Shown here: piece after piece, positions 33,616-42,581 of the stretch
Layout of the letters: each line of letters opens with the position of its first letter
How positions within the stretch are numbered: the stretch's first letter is position 1
Source of the DNA: an uncultured archaeon
GTDB lineage: Archaea > Iainarchaeota > Iainarchaeia > Iainarchaeales > GCA-2688035
NCBI GenBank assembly: GCA_964354805.1
Contig: CAYHBD010000030.1
Location: forward strand, 6,800-70,799
Reading direction: 5' to 3'
Length of the DNA stretch: 64,000 nucleotides
Translations under genes and position numbers: made by a program
Notes under the pieces: generated by a model
What the model saw: the letters and a program-made list of their open reading frames with translations, nothing else
Databases searched by the model: none
Told to the model about the DNA's origin: nothing

Positions 33616-34861
33616 AAAAATGAATTGGAAAAACGTTTTGTTTTTGGCGCTGCTGATTTTTTTCGCAGGCAACGCGGCAGCAGGGGACCTGATTGCGAGC
33701 TCATTCAGCTATGAGCCAGCGCCTGCAGCGCCAGGCGGCACCTTGAGCGTGTGGGTATACATAAAGAATGATTCATCCTACTTGTCAGAGGACGCCAAAC
33801 TTAAAGTGGAATTAAGCTATCCACTGTCGCTGCAGCCAGGGCAAGAGGCTGAAATAGGGTTGGGCGACATAGATCTTTTCAAAACAAAAGCAGTTGAATT
33901 CAAGATTCTGGTGGATCCGAAAGCAATAGATGGAAGATACAGCATAAAGTTTCTTTTTGGCGAGGGTGGTTTCTTCAAGAGCAAAACCGAGCTTGTAAGC
34001 GTACTAAGCAGGACGCCGAAGCTGGAGATAATCGAAAGCGATGTTACACAGCTTGAGCCTGGCCAGGTTGCAACAGTCAACCTTTCAATTAAAAACATCG
34101 GCGGCAGCATCGCAAAAAACATTGTTGTGAAAACAACTGAGGACAGGACAGTCACTTCAACAGGCGTTGTGGTTGAAAGGGAAATTGTTTCACTTGGGGC
34201 AACAACGAAATATGTTGAATTCCTTGACCCTGACCAGCAGACTACAGTGCAGATGCAGCTTGCAGTGAACGAAGGTGCTGAACTGAAAAATTACTCGGTT
34301 CCAATAACAATGGAATACTATGACATAAATGGAACCGCAAAAACAGACACGGGCTACCTTGGCTTGAAAGTAACAGCAGCACCAGAGGTTGATGCTGTAA
34401 TCAGCAGCGTAACGCCATACGCTTTCCCTGGCACAACAGCGGAACTTACAATTGACTTGTTCAACATAGGTTCGGCTGACGCAAAATATGTAACAGTTGA
34501 ATTGAGCGGGGAAGGTGTTGAAATAGCCGAGCCAAAGCAATTCATTGGAACGCTGGAAGCTGACGACTTTGATTCATTCAAAACAAGCGCTAAATTCAGC
34601 CAGGCAGTGCAGCCGGGGCAGCAATTGCCGATCACGCTGAAAATAATTTACAAGGACCCTGAACAGCAAACGCAGGTCAAGCCAAAACAGCTTTCACTGA
34701 AAGTGCTCACTGCAGCGGAGATGCAGGCAACAGCAGGCATTGGGCCAGCCGCAATAATTATAGGGCTGTTCTCCCTGGCAGTCCAGCTGATTGGATTGTA
34801 CGTTGTAGCACGGTTCGGCTACAGGAAATTCAAGCAGTTCAGGGGAAAGAAGGGGAAATAA
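33608..34861 (+). CDS. Secreted beta-sandwich repeat protein (S-layer/CARDB-like) with a C-terminal TM anchor
   Basis: Signal peptide MNWKNVLFLALLIFFAGNAAAG, repeated V/T/S beta-strand segments, and a C-terminal TM helix plus basic tail. It sits between the ABC ATPase and the permeases. Confidence 0.6.
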   Translation: MVEKMNWKNVLFLALLIFFAGNAAAGDLIASSFSYEPAPAAPGGTLSVWVYIKNDSSYLSEDAKLKVELSYPLSLQPGQEAEIGLGDIDLFKTKAVEFKILVDPKAIDGRYSIKFLFGEGGFFKSKTELVSVLSRTPKLEIIESDVTQLEPGQVATVNLSIKNIGGSIAKNIVVKTTEDRTVTSTGVVVEREIVSLGATTKYVEFLDPDQQTTVQMQLAVNEGAELKNYSVPITMEYYDINGTAKTDTGYLGLKVTAAPEVDAVISSVTPYAFPGTTAELTIDLFNIGSADAKYVTVELSGEGVEIAEPKQFIGTLEADDFDSFKTSAKFSQAVQPGQQLPITLKIIYKDPEQQTQVKPKQLSLKVLTAAEMQATAGIGPAAIIIGLFSLAVQLIGLYVVARFGYRKFKQFRGKKGK

Positions 34862-34940
34862 AAACCTGCAATTAATTTCCTTTTGAATTTTTTTCAATTC
34901 AAGGGAAAAAAATGAAATAGAAACAGCAAATTATCCCCAT

Positions 34941-36173
34941 ATGCTTTCCTTTCTTAAAGGTGGTTGGTTGATTGATTCAGAACTGCTGGATGTGGCATTC
35001 AAAAACCTCAAAGCGCGAAAGCTGCGCAGCTATCTCACCCTGCTTGGCATAGTTATCGGGATTGCAGCAATTGTAGCGCTTGTTTCATTGGGCGAAGGAC
35101 TGAACCAGGCAGTAACCCAGCAGTTCGAGCAGCTCGGCCTGAACACCCTTGTTGTAGAGCCAGGCAGCGGCAGCTTTGTTTCAACGGCCGTTGCAAGAAC
35201 CTTAAAGGAAGATGACGAAAGGCTGATTGAGGGCATTGCAGGCGTTGAGGCAGTAGTCGGATTTTATGAAACAGCAGCTGTTGCCGAATTCAAGAACGGG
35301 AAAAGCAGCGTATTCATAATCGGCTTTGACCCCAAAAAAATGCCTTACCTCGAAAAAATGGGTTACAGCGAGTTAACTAAAGGGAGAAAATTGCAGCCAA
35401 GCGACAAATATGCTGTCATGCTGACAGAGGGCTTTGCGGCAAACGGCTTTGTCGACGAAACATTGAGGGTAAAAGACAGCCTTGAAATAAACGGCCAGAA
35501 ATTCAAAATCGTCGGCATAACAAAAGACATGGGCGGCTTCATGGGCGGAGGCATAATGTCAAATTTCCTCTTCATGCCAAAGAAAACAGTGCAGGACTTT
35601 TTTTCCGGAAGCAATCCGACAGAATTGATTGTAGAGTTAACAGACAAGTCAATGGCTGACGAGGTTGCGGAAAAAATAAAGACAAAGCTGCTGCGGGCGC
35701 ATGGGGAAGAAGATTTTTATGTCATGACAATGGAGAACATAATGGAAAGCGCGGGCGTTGTGCTGGGATTAATTCAGCTTGTGCTTGTCGGCCTTGCGGC
35801 AATCTCACTGCTTGTTGGAGGCATTGGAATAATGAACACAATGCTGATGTCAGTAATGGAAAGGACAACAGAGATTGGCACAATGAAGGCAATCGGCGCA
35901 ACAAACAGCAGGGTTTTGTCAATATTTCTGGCTGAGGCAGCACTGCTCGGATTCACAGGCGGCCTGGTTGGCTCTGTCTTCGGCATTATGATTGCAGCAG
36001 GCGTTTCGGTTGTTGCAACAGCAACCGGCTTTCCCCTGCCTGTTGTCGTTAATCCGCTTGCATTTGTTGTGGCAATTGCCTTTGCAATGGCTGTCGGAAT
36101 GATTTCAGGGTACTATCCCGCAAGGCGAGCGGCATTGCTCGAACCTGTTGCAGCACTGAGGTACGCCGAATAA
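34941..36173 (+). CDS. ABC transporter permease (FtsX/MacB family)
   Basis: N-terminal AFKNLKARKLRSYLTLLGIVIGIAAIVA and C-terminal FtsX-domain GGIGIMNTMLMSVMERTTEIGTMKAIGA. Confidence 0.85.
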   Translation: MLSFLKGGWLIDSELLDVAFKNLKARKLRSYLTLLGIVIGIAAIVALVSLGEGLNQAVTQQFEQLGLNTLVVEPGSGSFVSTAVARTLKEDDERLIEGIAGVEAVVGFYETAAVAEFKNGKSSVFIIGFDPKKMPYLEKMGYSELTKGRKLQPSDKYAVMLTEGFAANGFVDETLRVKDSLEINGQKFKIVGITKDMGGFMGGGIMSNFLFMPKKTVQDFFSGSNPTELIVELTDKSMADEVAEKIKTKLLRAHGEEDFYVMTMENIMESAGVVLGLIQLVLVGLAAISLLVGGIGIMNTMLMSVMERTTEIGTMKAIGATNSRVLSIFLAEAALLGFTGGLVGSVFGIMIAAGVSVVATATGFPLPVVVNPLAFVVAIAFAMAVGMISGYYPARRAALLEPVAALRYAE

Positions 36174-36180
36174 AAAAAAC

Positions 36181-36297
36181 GAAGGTGAAAAATTGGCTTT
36201 GATTAAATTTGAATTTTTTGTGGCATATAAAGTTTATGTATTGCCACTTTTTTTGATGAAACTTTTTCCAAAAATTTCTTGCATTGCATTAAAATAA
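36181..36297 (+). pseudogene. Decayed duplicate of the permease 5' end (SD plus the first 34 or so codons)
   Basis: GAAGGTGAAAAATTGGCTTTGATTAAATTTGAATTTTTTGTGGCA parallels GGGGTTGAAAAATTGGCTTTGGTTGATTTTGAATTGTTTCAGGTTGCG at 36351-36398. It reads MALIKFEFFVAYK... and then stops. Confidence 0.45.
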
Positions 36298-36362
36298 AAA
36301 AAAGGTTGAAAAAAATGGATTAAAATTGCATCAAATTAAAAAAAACAAAAGGGGTTGAAAAA

Positions 36363-37562
36363 TTGGCTTTGGTTGATTTTGAATTGTTTCAGGTTGCGTT
36401 CAAAAACCTGAGGAGCAGGCGGTTGCGCAGCTTTCTCACTATTCTTGGGGTAGTTATCGGGATTGCGGCAATTGTTGCGCTTATTTCCATAGGCGAGAGC
36501 CTGAACCAATCTGTAACCAAGCAGTTCGAGCAGCTCGGCACAAGGACTTTGACTGTTACGCCAGGCGGCGGCCTTGCCGAAAGCACTTTGGCGAAACTGC
36601 AGACCGAAGACGTTGACACAATTGAAAAAGTGAAAGGGGTTGATTTTGCAACAGAGCTGTACATTGTATCAAGGCAGGTGGTTTTCAAGGGGGAAAAAAA
36701 GAGTGCTGTGATAATCGGCATTGACCCGGAAAAAATAGACGAACTCGGCATGATTGGAATGGTTGAAATCGGTTCAGGAAGGCAGCTTTCAAAAAATGAC
36801 ACCACTGCCATAATCGTCGGAGAAAACTTCGGCGAAAAAATCCTCAAACAGGACCTGCGCCTGAAAGAGAGCCTTGAAATGGACAGCACAAAGCTGAAGG
36901 TTGTCGGAATACTGAAAGGCGCAAAGCAGAGCCTTGCAGCAATGTTCAACACCGCCATTGCAATGAACAGCGAGGAATTAAAAAAATTGAGCACTGAAGA
37001 AATAACCCCATTCAGGATAATCGTGAATGTTTTGCCGGGCGAGGATGTGGAAGAAGTAAAGCAGCGCATAGCAGACAGGCTGGAGAAAAAGCACGGGAAA
37101 AAGGATTTCCAGGTTATGGCAATGCAGCAGATTGCCGACATTGCAGGGAGCGTTATTGGATTGATTAGCCTTGTGTTGATTGGAATTGCGGCAATCTCGC
37201 TGCTTGTAGGAGGCATTGGAATAATGAACACAATGCTGATGTCAGTAATGGAAAGGACAAGGGAAGTTGGAGTGATGAAAGCGATTGGCGCAACAACAAA
37301 CAGGATCATTGCAATCTTTGTTGTAGAAGCAGGAATGATTGGCCTGGCCGGCGGAATAATCGGATTGCTGGTCGGCGCTGGAATTGCAGCCGTTGTTTCA
37401 TTAGTAGCTGACGCTGCAGGCCTGCCCCTTGCAACAGCAGTAACACCCACACTGGTTATCGGGGCGCTTGCATTCAGCATGGCAATCGGGATGATTGCAG
37501 GCGTTTACCCGGCAAAAAGGGCGGCAAGCATAGACCCAGTGGAGGCGCTGAGATATGAATAA
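36363..37562 (+). CDS. ABC transporter permease (FtsX/MacB family), second copy
   Basis: Paralog of the 34941 ORF. It has AFKNLRSRRLRSFLTILGVVIGIAAIVA and GGIGIMNTMLMSVMERTREVGVMKAIGA. Confidence 0.85.
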   Translation: MALVDFELFQVAFKNLRSRRLRSFLTILGVVIGIAAIVALISIGESLNQSVTKQFEQLGTRTLTVTPGGGLAESTLAKLQTEDVDTIEKVKGVDFATELYIVSRQVVFKGEKKSAVIIGIDPEKIDELGMIGMVEIGSGRQLSKNDTTAIIVGENFGEKILKQDLRLKESLEMDSTKLKVVGILKGAKQSLAAMFNTAIAMNSEELKKLSTEEITPFRIIVNVLPGEDVEEVKQRIADRLEKKHGKKDFQVMAMQQIADIAGSVIGLISLVLIGIAAISLLVGGIGIMNTMLMSVMERTREVGVMKAIGATTNRIIAIFVVEAGMIGLAGGIIGLLVGAGIAAVVSLVADAAGLPLATAVTPTLVIGALAFSMAIGMIAGVYPAKRAASIDPVEALRYE

Positions 37563-38115
37563 AATAAATGAAGCCATGCCTGGAATTTTCAAGGGCCACC
37601 TTTGCTACATGATTTTGAGGGCCCTGCAAAAAAAGCCTTTGCATGGATATGCCATAATAAAAAGAATTGAGTTAATCACCGGCGATATCTGGAAGCCTAC
37701 AACTGGAAGCGTGTACCCCGCACTGGAGCAGATGCTAGGCAATGGCCTAATTTCAATAAAGGAAACAACAAAAAAAGGCAGGGAAAGGAAAGTATACGAG
37801 CTGACTGCAAAGGGGATGCAAGAGCTGAAGGAGAGGAAAAAAAGCGTTGAGAAAATAGTAAAAACAACAGATGAAATGTTCCAGCACCTTTTCCCGAAAG
37901 AGGTAAACAAAACAGAATTGCTGCAATTAATTGAAGAAGGCAGATTCCTGCAAAAGGAAATGATTGAAACAAGGCTGAATATGCTGAAGCTGCTTTCGCT
38001 CGGCAAAAAAGAAAGAATAAGCAGCAATGAAAAAGCCCAAATTAAAATAAAACTGGCTGAATTAAACGCCATGCTCAAGAAAATAATTGAAAGCAAAAAT
38101 CAACCGCTTGGTTGA
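37555..38115 (+). CDS. PadR-family transcriptional regulator
   Basis: LHGYAIIKRIELITGDIWKPTTGSVYPALEQM is the winged-HTH signature. Overlaps the permease stop. Confidence 0.8.
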   Translation: MNKINEAMPGIFKGHLCYMILRALQKKPLHGYAIIKRIELITGDIWKPTTGSVYPALEQMLGNGLISIKETTKKGRERKVYELTAKGMQELKERKKSVEKIVKTTDEMFQHLFPKEVNKTELLQLIEEGRFLQKEMIETRLNMLKLLSLGKKERISSNEKAQIKIKLAELNAMLKKIIESKNQPLG

Positions 38116-38214
38116 GAAAAATCAACCGCAGTCATATTAAGTCCCCAGGCAGCAATCTCTTTTGGCTTGCCCACCAATTGTTTGGAAAGCCTGCCAAAAA
38201 AGGGGTTGTGAATT

Positions 38215-38493
38215 TTGCAGGGGATTACTGTTTTGGAGCTTGCCTTCATAAAGATTTTGAGAGCCAGGCTTCCGGACGCAAGCCCCATGCACCTGAAGGC
38301 AATGCTTGCATTGCTCAGGGAAAAACAAAGCTATTTAACCCTGGATGAAATAGAAACATCAACGGCAATCCACAACGGCGAACTGAAAAAAATAATGCGT
38401 GATTTTACCGCAACGCAACTGGTTGAAAAAGAAGGCTGCCTTTTCAGGAAACCGGAAAACAAAAAAGTAATGCAAATTATCTTAGGGAACTAA
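38215..38493 (+). CDS. Hypothetical small protein, possible winged helix
   Basis: 92-aa ORF. No firm motif. Confidence 0.3.
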   Translation: MQGITVLELAFIKILRARLPDASPMHLKAMLALLREKQSYLTLDEIETSTAIHNGELKKIMRDFTATQLVEKEGCLFRKPENKKVMQIILGN

Positions 38494-38582
38494 GCAACCT
38501 CAATTTACCCCCTTTTTCCAACTTGCCCCTTGCCCTATCGCCTCAAGCAAAAGGAATAAAAATCTTGCAAAGCCAGTTATGT

Positions 38583-39341
38583 ATGGTTGGAATGATTGGA
38601 ATAATCGGCGGTAGTGGCCTTGAGGGCCCGAAGATTTTGAAGGACGCGAAAGAGGTTGAGGTTACCACGCCTTACGGAAAGCCTAGTTCAAAGCTTATTC
38701 TTGGAAAAATCAGCGGCATTGATGTTGCAATAATTTCAAGGCACGGAGAAAAGCATACTATCCCACCAACTCAAGTCAATTTTAGGGCAAATATTCAGGC
38801 GCTAAAAGACCAAGGAGTTACACACATACTCGCGACAACCGCTTGCGGAAGCCTTAGAAAAGAGATTGAAAGAGGTGACATTATTATTCTTGACCAATTT
38901 ATTGACTTTACAAGGCACAGAAAAGTAACCTATTATGAAGAGTTTCCACCTGGGGGGGAAAACGCAAAACATACGTCAATGCCCGATCCATTCTCGGAAG
39001 CATTAAGACAACTACTAATTGAAACTTGCAAAGAACTGAAGTTTAAGTTTCATCCAAGAGGAACAGTGATTACTATCGAAGGGCCAAGGTTTTCTACTAG
39101 GGCCGAATCAAAAATGTTTAGGATTTGGGGTGCAGACGTGATAAACATGTCAATTGCCCCAGAATGCATTTTGGCAAACGAGGCAGGCCTTCAGTATGCG
39201 GCTGTTGCGATGTCTACAGACTATGATAGTTGGGCTGAGGAGGAGGCCCCTGTAGAATGGGAAGAACTCCTCAGAACATTCCACAAAAACGCAGATAATG
39301 TTAAGGCTCTTCTTATCAAAACAATACCAAAAATAAAATAA
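38583..39341 (+). CDS. mtnP: S-methyl-5'-thioadenosine phosphorylase / purine nucleoside phosphorylase
   Basis: IGIIGGSGL, RHGEKHTIPP and INMSIAPECILANEAGLQYAAVAMSTDYDSW motifs. The track ORF starts at 38523. Confidence 0.85.
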   Translation: MVGMIGIIGGSGLEGPKILKDAKEVEVTTPYGKPSSKLILGKISGIDVAIISRHGEKHTIPPTQVNFRANIQALKDQGVTHILATTACGSLRKEIERGDIIILDQFIDFTRHRKVTYYEEFPPGGENAKHTSMPDPFSEALRQLLIETCKELKFKFHPRGTVITIEGPRFSTRAESKMFRIWGADVINMSIAPECILANEAGLQYAAVAMSTDYDSWAEEEAPVEWEELLRTFHKNADNVKALLIKTIPKIK

Positions 39342-39343
39342 AC

Positions 39344-40270
39344 TTAGATGGCATTGTGGCTTACGATGGGAAGGAAACTGTATTGCTCCCGCAGGTCTTC
39401 GTAATCTTCTGGCACCAGCCCAAACTCGATATTTCTCTTTATCTGCATGGGCATTTTTCTTCCGTAAATCCAAGAACGATAAGTTTCCCAGACAATATTC
39501 AAATCTCTAGCAGCCGCTCTCAGGCTTTTTCGGCAATTTAAATTATATCTTAAAGCGCCCAAATACTGCTGTTTATCGTATGACTTGCATTTCTTGAGAT
39601 ATTCCACTGCCTCTGCCAACTTTTTACTTTTGTAGCCAATTGAAAAACCAACAAGCTCTTGATATTTTTCAAGATTTTCCAGAAGAGAGATTATCAGCTT
39701 GTCTGAACCGAATTTTTTTCTCAGCACTTTACTTTGGATGCCAATGTCCCAAAGCAGCCGTTTAATTTTCTCCAATAAGGCAGTGTCTGCTTGGGTTATT
39801 ACAATTTGTCTTCGATTATAGATAACATCCACACTTCCTTCTGAATCAGAAAATCCACGAATAAATCGCGCTTTTATGTTTTTATCTCCCTTAAGAACAA
39901 ACTCTGGAATTTGCGCGTTGTTTTTTGTAAGCTTAGCCAATCGTTTTGCCAGGAGAGTGCTATAAGCATAGCAATTGTAATAGTATTTATCATCTACCGG
40001 CGCATCTATACCATAAGTCTTCTTAATCAAAGCTGCAAAATGAAGGCAAAAGTCTAATTCCTTAACACGCAATCTAATATAGCCCCTGTCATTCCTTAGG
40101 TGACCATCACCCAACATTATGCCAACTATCTCCGCTTCATCCAAAAGCTCTTCATAAGTCTGCGGAACCTCTATTTCTTTTAGATTTTTGGATTTCAAAC
40201 AGAACCCCTTACAACAGTATTCACTTTTTATTATTAAAGCCCTTTGAAAGAGCGGGGTTCCGGTGGTCAT
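39344..40270 (-). CDS. Free-standing LAGLIDADG-family endonuclease-like protein with a C-terminal HTH-like region
   Basis: Two LAGLIDADG-type motifs, IVGIMLGDGHL and FIRGFSDSEGSV. It is not embedded in an intron or an intein host. Confidence 0.7.
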   Translation of the reverse strand: MTTGTPLFQRALIIKSEYCCKGFCLKSKNLKEIEVPQTYEELLDEAEIVGIMLGDGHLRNDRGYIRLRVKELDFCLHFAALIKKTYGIDAPVDDKYYYNCYAYSTLLAKRLAKLTKNNAQIPEFVLKGDKNIKARFIRGFSDSEGSVDVIYNRRQIVITQADTALLEKIKRLLWDIGIQSKVLRKKFGSDKLIISLLENLEKYQELVGFSIGYKSKKLAEAVEYLKKCKSYDKQQYLGALRYNLNCRKSLRAAARDLNIVWETYRSWIYGRKMPMQIKRNIEFGLVPEDYEDLREQYSFLPIVSHNAI

Positions 40271-40365
40271 AGGAAACCATCTCCTTTCATGTTCTTTAGA
40301 AGTTCATCAAATGAGAATCCATCTCCAAAAGGACTTCTTTTTTCTTCTGTAATCGAAAAACTCAT
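40267..40365 (-). CDS. Candidate 32-codon upstream ORF translationally coupled to the LAGLIDADG gene
   Basis: SD GGAGGTG lies 6 nt upstream of ATG 40365. It encodes MSFSITEEKRSPFGDGFSFDELLKNMKGDGFL, and its stop overlaps the downstream start (ATGA). Confidence 0.3.
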   Translation of the reverse strand: MSFSITEEKRSPFGDGFSFDELLKNMKGDGFL

Positions 40366-40603
40366 AGCATCACCTCCAATGTATTATGAATTTTTTCGTG
40401 GACGTCTTGCGAATTTTGGAGGCATTAAATTCTTTCCACCGAGAAACAGAATTTAAGCGTGGAAAGATTTAAGCCGAGAAAATTCGAGTCCTAAGAAAAA
40501 ATTCCAATATTGGAGGTGATGACATTTTTCTTACAGCAAATGCGAATGCCAAAAGCACATTGCCGGCGCAATAGTGAAAGTTGAAGAAGATTAAACGTCA
40601 TTT

Positions 40604-40969
40604 CTATTGCTTCCGCAGGAACTCGTTTCCTGCAAACGTTGTCTGCAGCACTGGCTGCTGCTCTTTTGCATAAGCCTTTTCCAAAGAGGCTGTGAAGCAT
40701 TTTATTTTTTCAATCCACTCCAAATTCAGGCAGTATTCATTGTTTTCCTTCAATATAACGCCTTTCGCAGCCAGCTGGTTCAATGCCTTGTGGACAGCCT
40801 GGTATGAAACATGCAAAGCATACTGGCGGGTGACAGCGGAATAAATAGATTTTAAACTCAAAGGCCAGCGGCAGCTGAGAATTGCAACAACAGCATCCTT
40901 AACCTTTCCTTCACCTTCAAAGCCAGAAGGCGAAGCAATTAACAGCATCGCCCACCCCCGACCTTTCAC
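40604..40969 (-). CDS. Hypothetical winged-helix DNA-binding protein
   Basis: LSLKSIYSAVTRQYALHVSYQAVHKALNQLAAKGVILKE resembles a wHTH recognition unit. Confidence 0.4.
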   Translation of the reverse strand: MKGRGWAMLLIASPSGFEGEGKVKDAVVAILSCRWPLSLKSIYSAVTRQYALHVSYQAVHKALNQLAAKGVILKENNEYCLNLEWIEKIKCFTASLEKAYAKEQQPVLQTTFAGNEFLRKQ

Positions 40970-41005
40970 AGGCCATGTTATATAATACCCATCACCCCTT
41001 CCTTT

Positions 41006-41027
41006 TATACATTTGCATTTATGTATA
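41006..41027. promoter_or_regulatory. Inverted repeat TATACAT-N8-ATGTATA upstream of the 40969 gene
   Basis: Perfect 7-bp arms at 41006-41012 and 41021-41027, about 40-60 nt upstream of the minus-strand start. Confidence 0.3.
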
Positions 41028-41081
41028 CACGTGAAAAAGGGGCAAAGAGCAAAAAAGGAATTATGTAGTAGGTGCTGTCCG

Positions 41082-41603
41082 CTATTCTTTCACAAAAATG
41101 CGGAACAAGCAGAATGGGTCGCCTTTTGCCCTGCACTTTATTTCCCTGCATTCAATGTTCTCTGCTGCAAAAGCGCTGGCTGCGCTGCCTGCAAGGAATC
41201 CGGCAATAAGAAAATCAACTGCAGCATCTGAAGGGTGCAGTGCTTTTGCAATATGGGAATCAGTCACTTTGACAAGCGCTTTTTTGTTCAGAGCATCAAA
41301 TTCAATCAGTTCGCCTTTGCCCAGGCCAGCCAATGCCAAGGTGTTAAGGTCGAATTCGGTTTGCTTTCTTGCATCCATTTTGAATTTTTCCTTTACCGCC
41401 TTGCTGTGCCTGCTGCTTGATTCTTTTGCAACAGCGTAAATTATGTCACTGTATTTTTCCGGCTGGGCTTTGCGCAGTTCTGTCAAAAGGGTGCTGTAAA
41501 AGCTTACCGGGCTCATTGCCATGTTCTGGCCAAGCAGCTTTATTTCGCCTTCCTCGAAACTGATCTGGTTTGCCAAAAGCAATTGCTTTACAAAATTAAA
41601 CAA
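41082..41603 (-). CDS. V4R-domain protein
   Basis: C-terminal FLAGSAASAFAAENIECREIKCRAKGDPFCLFRIF matches the V4R Cys pattern (C-x2-x-C...C). Confidence 0.6.
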   Translation of the reverse strand: MFNFVKQLLLANQISFEEGEIKLLGQNMAMSPVSFYSTLLTELRKAQPEKYSDIIYAVAKESSSRHSKAVKEKFKMDARKQTEFDLNTLALAGLGKGELIEFDALNKKALVKVTDSHIAKALHPSDAAVDFLIAGFLAGSAASAFAAENIECREIKCRAKGDPFCLFRIFVKE

Positions 41604-41702
41604 ACAACAACCACCTGCTGTTATAAAACAAAAGCCTGGAAAAAACTATAACTTAAATTTTCCCAAAAATAATAGGACCCTACTTTAATGAAAACCGGCA
41701 GG

Positions 41703-42464
41703 CTATGCCTTGAATTTGTCGCCTTCTGTAATTGTTATGCCTTCCTCTGTGATGTTGTACGGCAGTATGTCTTTCTCGTAAGCGCTGTACCTCATTTTTC
41801 TCACAAACATGCTTCTGTAGTCCGCAATCCCGATCTCAAAATAGCGCAATATTATTACCCCGTCCGTAATGAATTCGCTTACTCCGTCACTACTCAAGGC
41901 TCTTGCATCTTCAGGCAGTTCGCTTGTAAGCAGGGTTGTTGTATTGTAGCGCTTCAATTCCGCAACCAGCTTGTACAAAATGCTCTTTGAAACAATCTGC
42001 TCTGTCCTCGGAATAGGCGAAATGTTTTCAGCAACCTGCACAAGGCTGAAACTGCCTTTCTGGCTCAAGCCTCCAATTATCAGCGCATCTGTCATTGTTG
42101 TCAAGCTGTCAATTGCAATCCTCTTGGGCTTAAAGATCTTGATTGCTTCAAGCGCTTTTGCAAGAATGTCATCGCCCTGAGTAATGTCAAAGTAAACAAT
42201 TTTGAGCAGGTTCTTTTTCTGCAGATCCATCAAATCCCAGCGAAATCCTTCAGCGTGCCGCTGCAGTTCAATGTCATCCTGCTCAGTGCTGATATACAGG
42301 CCTTTTTCCCCAAACATCTTTGCGCCATTAACAAGAAACTGCAGGCAAAAAGTGCTCTTTCCAGTGCCGGCTCCGCCGCTCAGCAAAACAATGTTCCCCT
42401 CAGGAATTCCGCCTGTCAGCGCCTTATCCAAGCCCCGGATCCCGGTTTTCGTTCTAGCCATCAA
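41703..42464 (-). CDS. KaiC/RecA-superfamily ATPase (single KaiC-like domain)
   Basis: GIRGLDKALTGGIPEGNIVLLSGGAGTGKST (Walker A) and the Walker B context RIAIDSLT. Confidence 0.8.
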   Translation of the reverse strand: MMARTKTGIRGLDKALTGGIPEGNIVLLSGGAGTGKSTFCLQFLVNGAKMFGEKGLYISTEQDDIELQRHAEGFRWDLMDLQKKNLLKIVYFDITQGDDILAKALEAIKIFKPKRIAIDSLTTMTDALIIGGLSQKGSFSLVQVAENISPIPRTEQIVSKSILYKLVAELKRYNTTTLLTSELPEDARALSSDGVSEFITDGVIILRYFEIGIADYRSMFVRKMRYSAYEKDILPYNITEEGITITEGDKFKA

Positions 42465-42581
42465 TAATATAACCGTTCACTGATATTTAAATCTTTCACT
42501 GATATAAGGCTGTTGTGTTGTCATGAATTAATGTTCTCCAACAATTAATGCAGCACATTCCTGTGCGCAAACTGCCCTGTT

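Noticed and set aside
32938-33704. Long antisense ORFs (244 and 246 aa) opposite the ABC ATPase gene.
   Set aside because: These are shadow ORFs of a strongly supported gene (Walker A/B and signature motifs on the plus strand). Their translations are low-complexity with no motifs.
36389-37480. A 363-aa antisense ORF opposite the second FtsX permease.
   Set aside because: It is a shadow of a well-supported permease gene. The translation is S/T/I/P-rich and not protein-like.
40491-40560. A 21-codon plus-strand ORF after GGAGGTG (MTFFLQQMRMPKAHCRRNSES).
   Set aside because: The SD abuts the ATG with essentially no spacer, and the peptide has no features. It is probably fortuitous.
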